Shown: positions 35,077-44,603 of the stretch, piece by piece
Position numbering within the stretch: the first letter of the stretch is position 1
How the letters are laid out: each line of letters opens with the position of its first letter
Assembly (NCBI GenBank): GCA_963662985.1
Contig: OY760067.1
Span: 1,071,838-1,135,837, forward strand
Direction of reading: 5' to 3'
Origin: Anaerolineales bacterium
Lineage (GTDB): Bacteria > Chloroflexota > Anaerolineae > Anaerolineales > UBA11579
Length of the DNA stretch: 64,000 bases
Notes under the pieces: model-generated
The model's database searches: none
The model's input: only the letters and a program-made list of their open reading frames with translations
What the model was told of the DNA's origin: nothing
Translations under genes and position numbers: made by a program

Positions 35077-35916
35077 CTAATCTTCTTCTAAATCATTTTC
35101 TTTCATCTCATTCACCAACATCGAAATCCGCGTCTCACCCACATTAAAGTAGATCGCCTCCGGATGGTGAATAATAATTGCCCCCGTAGACTGCTCCGGC
35201 ACAAATTGATCTGCGGAAGTTAACTCCGCCCCAATAGTCTCCGTAATTGGTAAAATATCAAACAACTTGCGATGTTCCTTCAAATCAGGCAATGCCGGGT
35301 AGCCCCAAGAATAGCGCTTCCCTTGTTTCGGGCCAATCCCCATCATTCGCCGCACATGCTGGTGCAAATACGCCGCCGTACCTTCCGCAGATTGCACAGC
35401 CAGTCCATGTGCAAAATACGCTTCTGAAAACAATTCTCGCCGATTCAATTCGTCAATATGCTCCGTTGCCCCTTTTCCCACAGTCACAAATTGCAGCGCC
35501 ACCACATCCCGTTGTCTCGCTTCTTCCGCTGTTGCAAAATAATCAATCAAACTACGGTGCGGCTCTCGAATCTGTCGCGGAAAATCAAACGTAGTCAGCA
35601 GCTTATCATGGTCCTCAGGATCAAACACCTGCAAAGATTCGCCTACCGCCTGTGCCGGAAAAACCCCATAAACACCTTTCGGCTCCAACCAACCCGTCTG
35701 CCGTGCTTCCCGCATCATCCGGTCCAAACGTTTGTCAAACTCAGCCGAAAGTTTCTGCCATTCTTCCCCTTTTGCATTTCCAGCGCCCCAATTCATGCGA
35801 TAAAGCGACTTCATCGCCATATTCTCAAATACATATTCCAACGGGATCGCATCCACTACCCCAATCCCAAATTTCACTGGGGTCGGGATCGTCGCCTTAG
35901 TTAATGCTTTTTCCAT
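35077..35916 (-). CDS. Methionine synthase reactivation (AdoMet-binding) domain protein, encoded separately
   Basis: The sequence aligns to the C-terminal activation domain of MetH (PTPVKFGIGVVDAIPLEYVFENM and KRYSWGYPALPD). The ATG at 35914-35916 is preceded by AAGGA. The track ORF extends to 35967. Confidence 0.8.
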   Translation of the reverse strand: MEKALTKATIPTPVKFGIGVVDAIPLEYVFENMAMKSLYRMNWGAGNAKGEEWQKLSAEFDKRLDRMMREARQTGWLEPKGVYGVFPAQAVGESLQVFDPEDHDKLLTTFDFPRQIREPHRSLIDYFATAEEARQRDVVALQFVTVGKGATEHIDELNRRELFSEAYFAHGLAVQSAEGTAAYLHQHVRRMMGIGPKQGKRYSWGYPALPDLKEHRKLFDILPITETIGAELTSADQFVPEQSTGAIIIHHPEAIYFNVGETRISMLVNEMKENDLEED

Positions 35917-38578
35917 ATTCCTTCTCAACTTCTGCCAAATGTTCTTGCATAAAGCCTGCCTTTGCATCCTCGTCCATCAAAATATTCAATAACTCCAAAG
36001 ATTCAAATGCATCCTTACAATAGAACACACCCGGCTTAAAATGTTTTTCTTCTTCGATCAAATTCAAACGCCAACCAAATCGGCGGTTAATCGCAGCGCC
36101 CCCAATCAACACCGGAATATTCAATCCGCGCCGTTCCACTTCCGCCACCACCAACGGCATTTGTTTACTCGTCGAAACCAACAAGGCACTCAATCCAATC
36201 GCATCTGCCCCAATCTCTTCCGCCTTGTCCACAATCACATTCACTGGCACTTGTTTGCCCAAATCCACAATCGTATACCCATTATTGGATAAAATTGTTT
36301 TCACCAAATTTTTGCCAATATCATGCACATCGCCATACACCGTCGCCAGCACCATCGTGCCTTTGGTCACGCCTTCTTTCTGTGCCAAATAATTTTCCAA
36401 GTGATTCACCGACTTCTTCATCACCTCTGCAGATTGCAACACAAACGGCAAAATCAATTCCCCAGCCCCAAACTTGTCCCCCACCTCTTTCATCGCTGGC
36501 AGCAGCACATTATTCAACACATCCACCGCCGCCGCATCTTCATTCGGAAACGCGCCGCTCTCCACTTTCGCCTGTACCAAGCTGTCAATGTCAACTTCCA
36601 CCATTTCTTTGTGTCGGTGCACAATCGACCAGTGCAATCGTTCTGCCGGGGTCATATCCTTTGTCGGGTCTTCTTTTTCTTCTTCCGGCACATCAGCCTT
36701 ATTTTCATAAAACTCAATCACCCGTTGCAACGCATCTTCCCGCGTATTCCAGATCAAGTCATTCATCAATTGCTGTTCTTCATCAGGAATCTCGCTCAAA
36801 GGTCGCACCTTTGAAGCATGCACAATCGCCATGTCCAACCCTGCTTCCACACAATGGTGCAAAAACATCGAGTTCAACACCGGGCGTGCATTTTTGCTCA
36901 ATCCAAACGAAACATTGCTAACGCCTAAAGAAGTCAGCACTTCCGGATATTTCGCCTTCAACTGTCGAATCGATTCAATCGTATTAATTGCCGAATCCGC
37001 AAATTCCGGATCCCCCGTAGAAAGTGGGAAAGTCAACAAGTCAAACACCAAATCCTGATGCTCAAACCCAAACTCATCCACCGCAATCCCAATCATTCGG
37101 TCCGCCACTGCCAGCTTACGTTCAATCGTCTTCGCCATCCCCTCTTCGTCGATCACCAACATCATGACTGCCGCGTTATAATCCTTCCCCAATCGCATCA
37201 CACGGTCAAACTTTGCCCGTCCGCTTTCCAAATTGGTAGAATTCAACAAACAGCGCCCGGGGGTCACCTTCAAAGCCGCTTCCATCACATCTGGTTCCGT
37301 AGAGTCGATCACCAATGGTGCATCCACTCCCATCTCCAAACGTTTCACCAACAGTGCCATCAAATAAGCCTCATCATTACGTTCTGTCACTGCCACATTC
37401 ACATCTAGCGTATGTGCCCCGCCATTAATTTGCTCACGTGCAATTTCCACCATTGCGTCCACGTCTTCTTCCAACAGCAAACGTTTGAACTTTCGGCTCC
37501 CAGTTGCATTCAAGCGTTCCCCAATCAACATCGGGCGTGGCTCTTGCGCCATCGAAACCGCCTTGATGGGTGAGCTCAACATCGGCTCTTTTTTCTCTGC
37601 TTTTTTCGGAGCAGGTCGCTTACCCACTTTTTCCACCAACAATTTCAAATGTTCCGGTCGTGTCCCACAGCAGCCCCCCACAATCGACACATTTTGTTTT
37701 TCCACAAATTCAGCCAGCGCGTTTGCAAATGGTTCTGGTTCCAAGGGGAACACAGCCTCGCCATTCACATTCATCGGCAACCCCGCATTCGGAGAGCACC
37801 CCACCGGAATCGTCGCATGTTCACCCAAATAAGAAATATTCTGGCGCATATGTTCCGGTCCTGTCGAACAGTTCATCCCCACAATATCAATCGGCATTCT
37901 TTCCAAAATCGTCAAAGCCGAAGCAATGTCCGTTCCCAAAAGCATTCGTCCCGTCGTGTCCATCGTAATATGGCATTGTAAAGGAATTTGAATCCCAGTT
38001 TCTTCAAATGCCAACTGAATTCCCTGAATCGCAGCCTTCACTTCCAAAATATCCTGTGAAGTCTCCACAATCAAAAGGTCAGCTCCCCCGCTAATCAAGC
38101 CAGCCGCTTGTTCACGGAACACATCCACCAACGTGTCATATTCAATATTAGACAAATCAGGGTCATCTGCCGAAGGGAGCTTCCCCGTTGGGCCAATCGA
38201 TCCCGCCACAAAACGCGGGTGATCCGGTGTAGAAAATTCATCCGCCACAGAACGTGCCAGAGCAGCACCTTTCTGATTAATTTCAAAAGTCTTATCCTGC
38301 AACCCAAACTCAGCCAAGGTCAACCGATTCGATCGAAACGTATTCGTTTCAATCACATCCACGCCCACTTCCAAAAAGGAGCGGTTTACAGTCGCCACAG
38401 CTTCAGGCTTGCTCAAAATCAAATGGTCATTGCACCCATTCAATTTTTCTCCACCATAATCCTCAGGTGTCAAATTCAACAGATCCAAATTGGTCCCCAT
38501 CGCCCCATCATAGATCAAAACGCGTTCTTCCAACGCATCCAAAAATGCTCGTTTAAATTCAATTTTTTTATCTGTCAT
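35897..38578 (-). CDS. metH: Cobalamin-dependent methionine synthase (Hcy-, pterin- and B12-binding modules; no activation domain)
   Basis: YDGAMGT and VGGCCGTRPEH mark the Hcy/Zn module, and GERLNATGSRKF marks the pterin module. The B12 module is marked by GDVHDIGKNLV (DxHxxG), SALLVST and IGGAA. The track starts at a TTG at 38593. The ATG at 38576-38578 (MTDKKIEF) is more plausible. Confidence 0.9.
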   Translation of the reverse strand: MTDKKIEFKRAFLDALEERVLIYDGAMGTNLDLLNLTPEDYGGEKLNGCNDHLILSKPEAVATVNRSFLEVGVDVIETNTFRSNRLTLAEFGLQDKTFEINQKGAALARSVADEFSTPDHPRFVAGSIGPTGKLPSADDPDLSNIEYDTLVDVFREQAAGLISGGADLLIVETSQDILEVKAAIQGIQLAFEETGIQIPLQCHITMDTTGRMLLGTDIASALTILERMPIDIVGMNCSTGPEHMRQNISYLGEHATIPVGCSPNAGLPMNVNGEAVFPLEPEPFANALAEFVEKQNVSIVGGCCGTRPEHLKLLVEKVGKRPAPKKAEKKEPMLSSPIKAVSMAQEPRPMLIGERLNATGSRKFKRLLLEEDVDAMVEIAREQINGGAHTLDVNVAVTERNDEAYLMALLVKRLEMGVDAPLVIDSTEPDVMEAALKVTPGRCLLNSTNLESGRAKFDRVMRLGKDYNAAVMMLVIDEEGMAKTIERKLAVADRMIGIAVDEFGFEHQDLVFDLLTFPLSTGDPEFADSAINTIESIRQLKAKYPEVLTSLGVSNVSFGLSKNARPVLNSMFLHHCVEAGLDMAIVHASKVRPLSEIPDEEQQLMNDLIWNTREDALQRVIEFYENKADVPEEEKEDPTKDMTPAERLHWSIVHRHKEMVEVDIDSLVQAKVESGAFPNEDAAAVDVLNNVLLPAMKEVGDKFGAGELILPFVLQSAEVMKKSVNHLENYLAQKEGVTKGTMVLATVYGDVHDIGKNLVKTILSNNGYTIVDLGKQVPVNVIVDKAEEIGADAIGLSALLVSTSKQMPLVVAEVERRGLNIPVLIGGAAINRRFGWRLNLIEEEKHFKPGVFYCKDAFESLELLNILMDEDAKAGFMQEHLAEVEKEYGKSIN

Positions 38579-38608
38579 TTTTTCATGCTCCAATTTTGTT
38601 CACAAAGT

Positions 38609-38661
38609 CGAAAAACGAGAGGGTCATTAAACCATCAAATTCTCACACACCCTCGCTCGTT
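38609..38661 (-). promoter_or_regulatory. Terminator-like hairpin plus T-run in the metH 5' leader (possible attenuator/riboswitch expression platform)
   Basis: On the - strand, AACGAGCGAGGG is followed by a 26-nt loop, then CCCTCTCGTT and TTT. It lies 30-85 nt upstream of the ATG. A candidate promoter (TTGACA, 17 nt, TACACT) lies about 165 nt upstream of the ATG. Confidence 0.4.
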
Positions 38662-38863
38662 TCACATTTTCGTAAACTTCGTGCTTAACAGATGAGATGA
38701 GAACCTAAAATCTTCTCTTATTTACCTGATTTGAAGTGTAACATACGCAAAAATGAGTGTCAATTTCAAGCTTTAAGTTATAATTAAGCAAGGTTTTCTT
38801 CCCCAACCTAATTCTCAAATCACAATTGAAGAACAAGCCAAAGCAAAACTGAGGAGTAGAACA

Positions 38864-39553
38864 ATGCTTAATACCTATCAATTAGTGATGCACGCTGGGC
38901 CAACCCCCGGCAAAACTTATCTCATCGACCAACCGGAGATTATCATCGGTCGTGATTTGCGCAGCAACATTGTTATCAATGATGTTGAAGTTTCGCGCTC
39001 TCATTGTCGTGTCTCCACCTATGAGAACGGCATCTATATCGAAGATCTCAATTCCACCAACGGCACATTTATTAATGGAAACCGCATCAACAAATCCACT
39101 TCGATTAAATCTGGTGACATCCTAAAAATTGGAGAAACGGTCACCATGGTCATGGAGAAGATCGTCGTAGAAGAAGAAAAAACTATCGCCTCACCGCAAT
39201 CTCCTGCCTATATCCCTGTCGCTGTCCAACCACAGCAATCTGTCGCCGAGCCACACATCACCACCACTCCTCCCCCCAACCAAGCCGAATACATCACCCC
39301 CATCCCTGATCCAATCTACGACGAACACACCCCCATGGTTAAAGAACGCAGCATGCCCGAAGAAATCGCAGAAGATCAATTTGTCACGCAACAACCAGAA
39401 AAATCAAAAGTCTCCAAAGGCAAAGCCATCCTAATCACCATCCTCTTTATGCTCATCCTGCTAGCCATCATCGTTGGCGCCTTCCTCTGGTATGTGGATG
39501 CCAACTACCTCTGGTGTGACTTCTTTGGTTTCTTAATCAACGGTTGTTACTAA
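38864..39553 (+). CDS. FHA domain protein with C-terminal transmembrane anchor
   Basis: The FHA block is IIIGRDLRSNIVINDVEVSRSHCRVSTYENGIYIEDLNSTNGTFINGNRI. A Pro-rich spacer follows, then the TM segment ILITILFMLILLAIIVGAFLWYV. Confidence 0.8.
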   Translation: MLNTYQLVMHAGPTPGKTYLIDQPEIIIGRDLRSNIVINDVEVSRSHCRVSTYENGIYIEDLNSTNGTFINGNRINKSTSIKSGDILKIGETVTMVMEKIVVEEEKTIASPQSPAYIPVAVQPQQSVAEPHITTTPPPNQAEYITPIPDPIYDEHTPMVKERSMPEEIAEDQFVTQQPEKSKVSKGKAILITILFMLILLAIIVGAFLWYVDANYLWCDFFGFLINGCY

Positions 39554-39572
39554 CCAATCAATTTCTAAAAAC

Positions 39573-39609
39573 AAAAAAGGCTGCGGATTTTTCCACAGCC
39601 TTTTATTTT
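39573..39609. terminator. Bidirectional terminator between the FHA gene and udp
   Basis: The hairpin is aaggctgcgga-tttt-tccacagcctt (39577-39602, one mismatch), followed by TTTTATTTT. Confidence 0.7.
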
Positions 39610-39624
39610 ATAGATAGATAAATC

Positions 39625-40437
39625 CTATTTACCTGCCGCGCGGTCTTGTTCAATCATCAACTTAATCGCTTCCACCGCCACCACAATCGCCCCATCTCCA
39701 TGGAACAATTTCTTACCTTCATCGTCCTTTGGCAGTCCTTCCCCTTCTGCCACCATCATCATCACACCCCCCGCACGCTTGCGGTGAATCCCCGCCACAA
39801 TGAACAAAGCCGCAGCTTCCATCTCAGAGCACACCGCTCCACCAGCCCGCCATGCTTCCCAGCGCTCTTTCAAGCGATTTGGCATCGGCATCCGTTCCGG
39901 TTCCGTCTCGCTATAAAAAGCATCCTTAGATTGAGAAACACCCAAGCGGAAAGGCTGATTCAATTGTTTCGCAGCTTCTCGCAATGCCACCACCACATCC
40001 GTGTCTGCCACTGCCGGATATTCAATCGGCAAATATTGTCGGGTAGTCCCTTCATCGCGGATCGCACCAGTCACAATTGCCACTTCCCCTGTCTTCGTAT
40101 CAGGTTGAATCCCACCAGAAGTACCCACTCGAATAAACGTGTCCGCACCAATCTTCACCAACTCTTCCACAGCAATCGCCGTAGACGGGCATCCGATCCC
40201 TGTCGAAACCACAGAAACCTTTTCACCCAACAACGTACCCGTATAAGTCGTATATTCTCGGTTTTGCGCAATCTTCACTGCTCCATCAAAATACTTAGCA
40301 ATTCGCTCACAACGTCCCGGGTCACCTGGCAACAGCACATAACGTCCCACATCACCCGCTTTCAACTTAATATGATACTGCAAATTACCATCGCTCATCA
40401 AAGCCTCCAAGTTTTTATCGTTCCATTCAAATGTCAT
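39625..40437 (-). CDS. udp: Uridine/purine nucleoside phosphorylase (PNP_UDP_1 family)
   Basis: The motifs are LPGDPGRCERIAKYF, TGIGCPSTAIAVEEL, IRVGTSGGI and SEMEAAALF. Its start overlaps the stop of the upstream protease gene (ATGA at 40434-40437). Confidence 0.75.
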   Translation of the reverse strand: MTFEWNDKNLEALMSDGNLQYHIKLKAGDVGRYVLLPGDPGRCERIAKYFDGAVKIAQNREYTTYTGTLLGEKVSVVSTGIGCPSTAIAVEELVKIGADTFIRVGTSGGIQPDTKTGEVAIVTGAIRDEGTTRQYLPIEYPAVADTDVVVALREAAKQLNQPFRLGVSQSKDAFYSETEPERMPMPNRLKERWEAWRAGGAVCSEMEAAALFIVAGIHRKRAGGVMMMVAEGEGLPKDDEGKKLFHGDGAIVVAVEAIKLMIEQDRAAGK

Positions 40438-42443
40438 CGAAACTCAATTTTATACCCTGCCTCATCAGTCACAAACAAAGTCGTTCCCGTGATCACAAAG
40501 GTAACACTTTCTGCTTCCCCTGCACCGATCGAAAAATCAAACTGATTGCCCGCATCCAAAGTTAGATATTCTACCATTTTTTCTTCCCCATCGTCAATAA
40601 CCGCCGCCACCGCAAACCCCTGCGGTAACAAGTCATTAACTCGCACAAAACCATTCGTTATCCACCTTCCGCCCTCATTTTCAAATCCATCCGAAAACCT
40701 AATCGCATTCAATCTAACATTATCCAAACACATCCCCATAGTTTCCAACTGTTCTGAAAACAAACTTTCAAATCTCACCAAAACTTTCTCGCCAGAAAAT
40801 TGAGTCAAATCAATTTTCTCTCTCTTCCAACCCTCAGAGTTACCTGCCCAATAATAAAAATCATCATCAGAATCTACTTCATTATATAAAGATCTTACAG
40901 AAGTCCAATTCTCACCTTCATCTGTTGAAATCATCAACATCACAAATTCATCCGATTCATCCAAATCATACCAAATATCAAAATCTAACGTCACCCTACC
41001 TTCAACATCACTCAAATCAAATTCCTTCATTAAACGAGAAACTGAATAAGCTTCATGCATCGACCACATAACAAAGTCACCTTCAGTCGCAGGCACGTCT
41101 AACAAACGAATCAAATCATCCCCGTCAAAATGCATCTCAAAACCATCCACCGCATTCACCTTCAAATAATCCGCTCCAAATTGATGCACAGTCAAAAGTT
41201 TTTCCTCACCAGCCATCGGAATAATTTCAGTCCCCACTTCCACTTGAATCGCATTTGCATAATTATCGTAGTAAAACCGTCCATCCATCACATCTTCATC
41301 CAAAATCAAATTCGTAATCATCCAATCCAACACCAAATCTTCCATCACCAAATCTCTCTTACGCAATTCATCAAAAACAGGTTGCTCTTCCAACAAAAAT
41401 GTCACACTTTGCAAAGAATTTGCTGAAGATTGCAACAAATCAAAAATTTTATCTTTACCCAAACGATCAAAAAGGGTTTTTGAAAACAAAAAACTTGCAT
41501 CATAATGCTCAGTTTCAAGATCAACCGACCAATCATTCAACTGCATATCAGGTTGATCAACATAATAATTATCAATTAAAGTATTCCCCGAATATCCGCT
41601 AAGATAATTTGCCAACTCAGCAAATCCTTCATCAAACCACAAGTCCTCATTCTGATCCGCATACCATTGAATCAAATGTAAATGCTCATGCGCCAAAACC
41701 CCCAACATCCCTTCATCGTTCAAATCCAACACATCCGCATTAACAATGAACATCTCCGTACCATTTGATTCATTAAACACTTTCTTTGAATATTCATTAC
41801 CTCTTTGAAAAAAAGCAGCAGAATCAACAAACTTAACCTCAGTAAAAAGAATATTGATCCGCTTATCGCCATCAATCCCTGGACTCCATTCTGAACCAAA
41901 CAACGCCAAATTCATCGGATAAATTTCCAATTCAAATTTTTCCACCAAATCCGTCACAACTTCCTCATCAAACAACAACCCCTCTTCCACCCAAAAATAT
42001 AAATGCTCACTTTTTCCAGCTAAAACTGCTTTAATCATAGAATTACCATCATCATCTGGAATATAAAAATATCGCTTTTGACCAATCCCGTAATAAATCT
42101 GCGGTTTTTTCTGGGGAGTCGGATAACTATATAAATAGTCCATCTCAACCATCAACTCAACTAGATCACTTTCCTCAACAACCTCATTCAACAATCGTTC
42201 ATAAGATTCTTCGGCAACCTCAACCGTTTTTTTCAACACATTTGGCACCAAGTTAAAACTCTTCAAATCATCTCGATTCTCCAAACCCTCCACTTGAATC
42301 TCCCAATAATTAATCTCATAAAGCAGCTCATCAACAAAATCAGAATGAGCCACCAAATAAATCCCCGCACCAATCAACATCGCCCAACAGCACAACATCA
42401 ACAAAAAAACAATTATCAAAATCCAAACAATATTTTTATTCAA
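40434..42443 (-). CDS. Membrane-anchored HEXXH (gluzincin-type) metalloprotease, paralogue 1
   Basis: An N-terminal TM segment is present. The conserved blocks are FGSEWSPGIDGD, LAHEHLHLIQW (HEXXH codons at 41676-41690) and WFDEGFAELA 15 residues later. The C-terminal module reads DFDIWYDLDESDEFVMLMISTDEGENW...VRFES...GFVRVN. The start is a TTG with upstream AGGGG. Confidence 0.7.
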   Translation of the reverse strand: MNKNIVWILIIVFLLMLCCWAMLIGAGIYLVAHSDFVDELLYEINYWEIQVEGLENRDDLKSFNLVPNVLKKTVEVAEESYERLLNEVVEESDLVELMVEMDYLYSYPTPQKKPQIYYGIGQKRYFYIPDDDGNSMIKAVLAGKSEHLYFWVEEGLLFDEEVVTDLVEKFELEIYPMNLALFGSEWSPGIDGDKRINILFTEVKFVDSAAFFQRGNEYSKKVFNESNGTEMFIVNADVLDLNDEGMLGVLAHEHLHLIQWYADQNEDLWFDEGFAELANYLSGYSGNTLIDNYYVDQPDMQLNDWSVDLETEHYDASFLFSKTLFDRLGKDKIFDLLQSSANSLQSVTFLLEEQPVFDELRKRDLVMEDLVLDWMITNLILDEDVMDGRFYYDNYANAIQVEVGTEIIPMAGEEKLLTVHQFGADYLKVNAVDGFEMHFDGDDLIRLLDVPATEGDFVMWSMHEAYSVSRLMKEFDLSDVEGRVTLDFDIWYDLDESDEFVMLMISTDEGENWTSVRSLYNEVDSDDDFYYWAGNSEGWKREKIDLTQFSGEKVLVRFESLFSEQLETMGMCLDNVRLNAIRFSDGFENEGGRWITNGFVRVNDLLPQGFAVAAVIDDGEEKMVEYLTLDAGNQFDFSIGAGEAESVTFVITGTTLFVTDEAGYKIEFR

Positions 42444-42455
42444 ATCAAACCCCTT

Positions 42456-42492
42456 TCAAAAAAGAGCCCCTCTACTATTTAGAGGAGCTCTC
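42456..42492 (-). terminator. Terminator after protease paralogue 2
   Basis: The stem pairs agagcccctct (42463-42473) with agaggagctct (42481-42491), with one mismatch. The - strand T-run is the complement of 42457-42463. Confidence 0.7.
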
Positions 42493-42514
42493 ATCTTCTT
42501 TCAGATCAATCCCC

Positions 42515-44533
42515 TCATTCAAACCAAACAGAATAACCTGCCACCTTAGTAGTATACCGTGTCGCACCCGAGATCACAAACGTAACTGTATCCGCTTCAC
42601 CTGCATCGATTGAAAAATCAAACTGATTTCCATCCCCCATCTCCACATATTCCACCTGCACATCATTACCATTCTCAATCACAGCTGCCACATTGAAAAG
42701 TTGCGGCAAATACCCATTCACCCGCACAAATCCTTCCGTGGTCCAACCAGCATCATCATTCTCAAAACTTGTTTTATATCCAATCGCATCAATCACCACA
42801 TCATCCACCAAAAATCCAGAATAACTCACCACACTATCCGTCAAAGCTTCAAAACGCACCAAAATCTTCTTCCCAGCATAATCCGTCAAATCCACTTCTT
42901 CTTGCAACCAACGCTGTGAAGCCCCCGTCCATCCAATCGCTTCTTCATATTCTGAATATTCACCATACTTCGTCTCAATCACATCCCAATTCACGCCCCC
43001 ATCATCTGAAACCATCAAATACACATAATCATAATCATCTTCCACATCATACCAAACCGCAAAATCCATCCACACATCCCCGCTCACATTACGCAAATCA
43101 AACTCGCGCATCAAAACCGAGCTAGAATTATTCATTGATTGAGACCAAAATGCCAAATCGCCATCTCTCATATCAACCGGCACCAATTCCATCAAATCAT
43201 CCCCATCAAAATACAACGCAAATCCATCCCCTGCATCCACCTTCAAATAATCTGCCCCAAACTGCTTCACAGAAAAATCATATTCATCCCCAGCACATGG
43301 CACCATCACATCATCCACACTCACTTGTGGTGCATTCACATAATTTTTATAATCAAATCGTCCGTCGCTCACATTTGCATCCAACAAATAATTTGTCACC
43401 ATCCAATCCAAAACCAGGTCTTCCGCTGTCAAAGTTTCACCACGCACCCAATCCGTCATTCCATTAGCCTTCAAAACCGCATCAATGCTCGCAAACCCAT
43501 TTTCCTTAGATTGCACAATCTGACGAATCAATCCTTCCCCCACCCGGTTATACACATAATTCATAAAAGAAAAACTTGCCCCATAATGTGGAAAAGAATT
43601 ATCGTCATCCCATGTATTCAATTGGAAGTCTGGCGTTTGCAAAAATTCATAATCCAACCCTTCCAACTCATAATCACCCAAAAATGCAGCCAATTCAGCC
43701 AATCCCTCATCCAGCCACAAATCCTCATTGCTGTCCAAATACCAATGAATCATATGTTGATATTCATGCGCCAAAGTTCCAAATGTATATTCCTCATTCA
43801 AATCCACCACATTCGCATTCAACACAAACATCTCTGCCATATTCGAAACCTCCGAAACTTCAACCGGAAGCTCATCATCTGCAGAAAAATACCCAGCCGT
43901 ATCTTCCCCCACATCTTTTGCATACAAAATCACAATTCTGCGATCCCCGTCGATGCCTGGGCTCCATTCAGAGCCAAACAAACGTTGATCCAAAGTATAA
44001 ATCTTAGAATTAAATTCGTTCAACAAAGCATTCAAATCAGCTTCATCAAAATAAACCCCATCTTCCACCCACACCATCACATGCGCAGCGCTTGCCTCCA
44101 AAGTGGCCGTAATCGTAAAATCTGAATCATCATCAGAAACCAAAAAATCTCTTTGATCTCCCACTTGATAATTTACAATCGGCGCACTAGGCAAACTCGG
44201 AGCCGCATCCAAATAACCAAATTGAACAGCCACATCCACAGCATCATTTTCTGGCATCACCTCATCACTAATCGCCACATATCGTTCATCAGTCAATTGC
44301 AAAACATCAGCATCTTCTCCATCTTCCAAATAGATTGATTCACTTTTCTCATCATTTGAAAAAACATCATCAAAAATCGGCGCCACATCTTCTTCAAAAT
44401 TCCATTCTTCCAAAACACCATCCACAGTGTCCGCATCAATCACAAAAAAAGCAGCCACACCAATGATTAAACACGCACACAAACACACCAGCAAGATTCC
44501 CACCAACAAGATCACAATAATTTTCTTGTCCAT
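42515..44533 (-). CDS. Membrane-anchored HEXXH (gluzincin-type) metalloprotease, paralogue 2
   Basis: The conserved blocks are FGSEWSPGIDGD, LAHEYQHMIHW (43754-43768), WLDEGLAELA and WYDVEDDYDYVYLMVSDDGGVNW...VRFEA...GFVRVN. The track start is a TTG at 44536. The adjacent ATG at 44531-44533 is preferred. Confidence 0.7.
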   Translation of the reverse strand: MDKKIIVILLVGILLVCLCACLIIGVAAFFVIDADTVDGVLEEWNFEEDVAPIFDDVFSNDEKSESIYLEDGEDADVLQLTDERYVAISDEVMPENDAVDVAVQFGYLDAAPSLPSAPIVNYQVGDQRDFLVSDDDSDFTITATLEASAAHVMVWVEDGVYFDEADLNALLNEFNSKIYTLDQRLFGSEWSPGIDGDRRIVILYAKDVGEDTAGYFSADDELPVEVSEVSNMAEMFVLNANVVDLNEEYTFGTLAHEYQHMIHWYLDSNEDLWLDEGLAELAAFLGDYELEGLDYEFLQTPDFQLNTWDDDNSFPHYGASFSFMNYVYNRVGEGLIRQIVQSKENGFASIDAVLKANGMTDWVRGETLTAEDLVLDWMVTNYLLDANVSDGRFDYKNYVNAPQVSVDDVMVPCAGDEYDFSVKQFGADYLKVDAGDGFALYFDGDDLMELVPVDMRDGDLAFWSQSMNNSSSVLMREFDLRNVSGDVWMDFAVWYDVEDDYDYVYLMVSDDGGVNWDVIETKYGEYSEYEEAIGWTGASQRWLQEEVDLTDYAGKKILVRFEALTDSVVSYSGFLVDDVVIDAIGYKTSFENDDAGWTTEGFVRVNGYLPQLFNVAAVIENGNDVQVEYVEMGDGNQFDFSIDAGEADTVTFVISGATRYTTKVAGYSVWFE

Positions 44534-44560
44534 CAATTTCCATCCTTCACCATTGATTTA

Positions 44561-44593
44561 TAAAAAACCCCACCCAAAATGAGTGGGGTTTTG
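44561..44593 (-). terminator. Terminator after protease paralogue 3
   Basis: The stem pairs aaccccac (44566-44573) with gtggggtt (44583-44590). A and T runs lie on both sides. Confidence 0.75.
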
Positions 44594-44603
44594 TTATTAT
44601 ATT

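Noticed and set aside
35890-35970. I considered calling metH a frameshifted pseudogene.
   Set aside because: The downstream reading frame has its own ATG with an AAGGA Shine-Dalgarno sequence. Split MetH architectures are known, and both parts look intact. A sequencing error cannot be excluded without reads.
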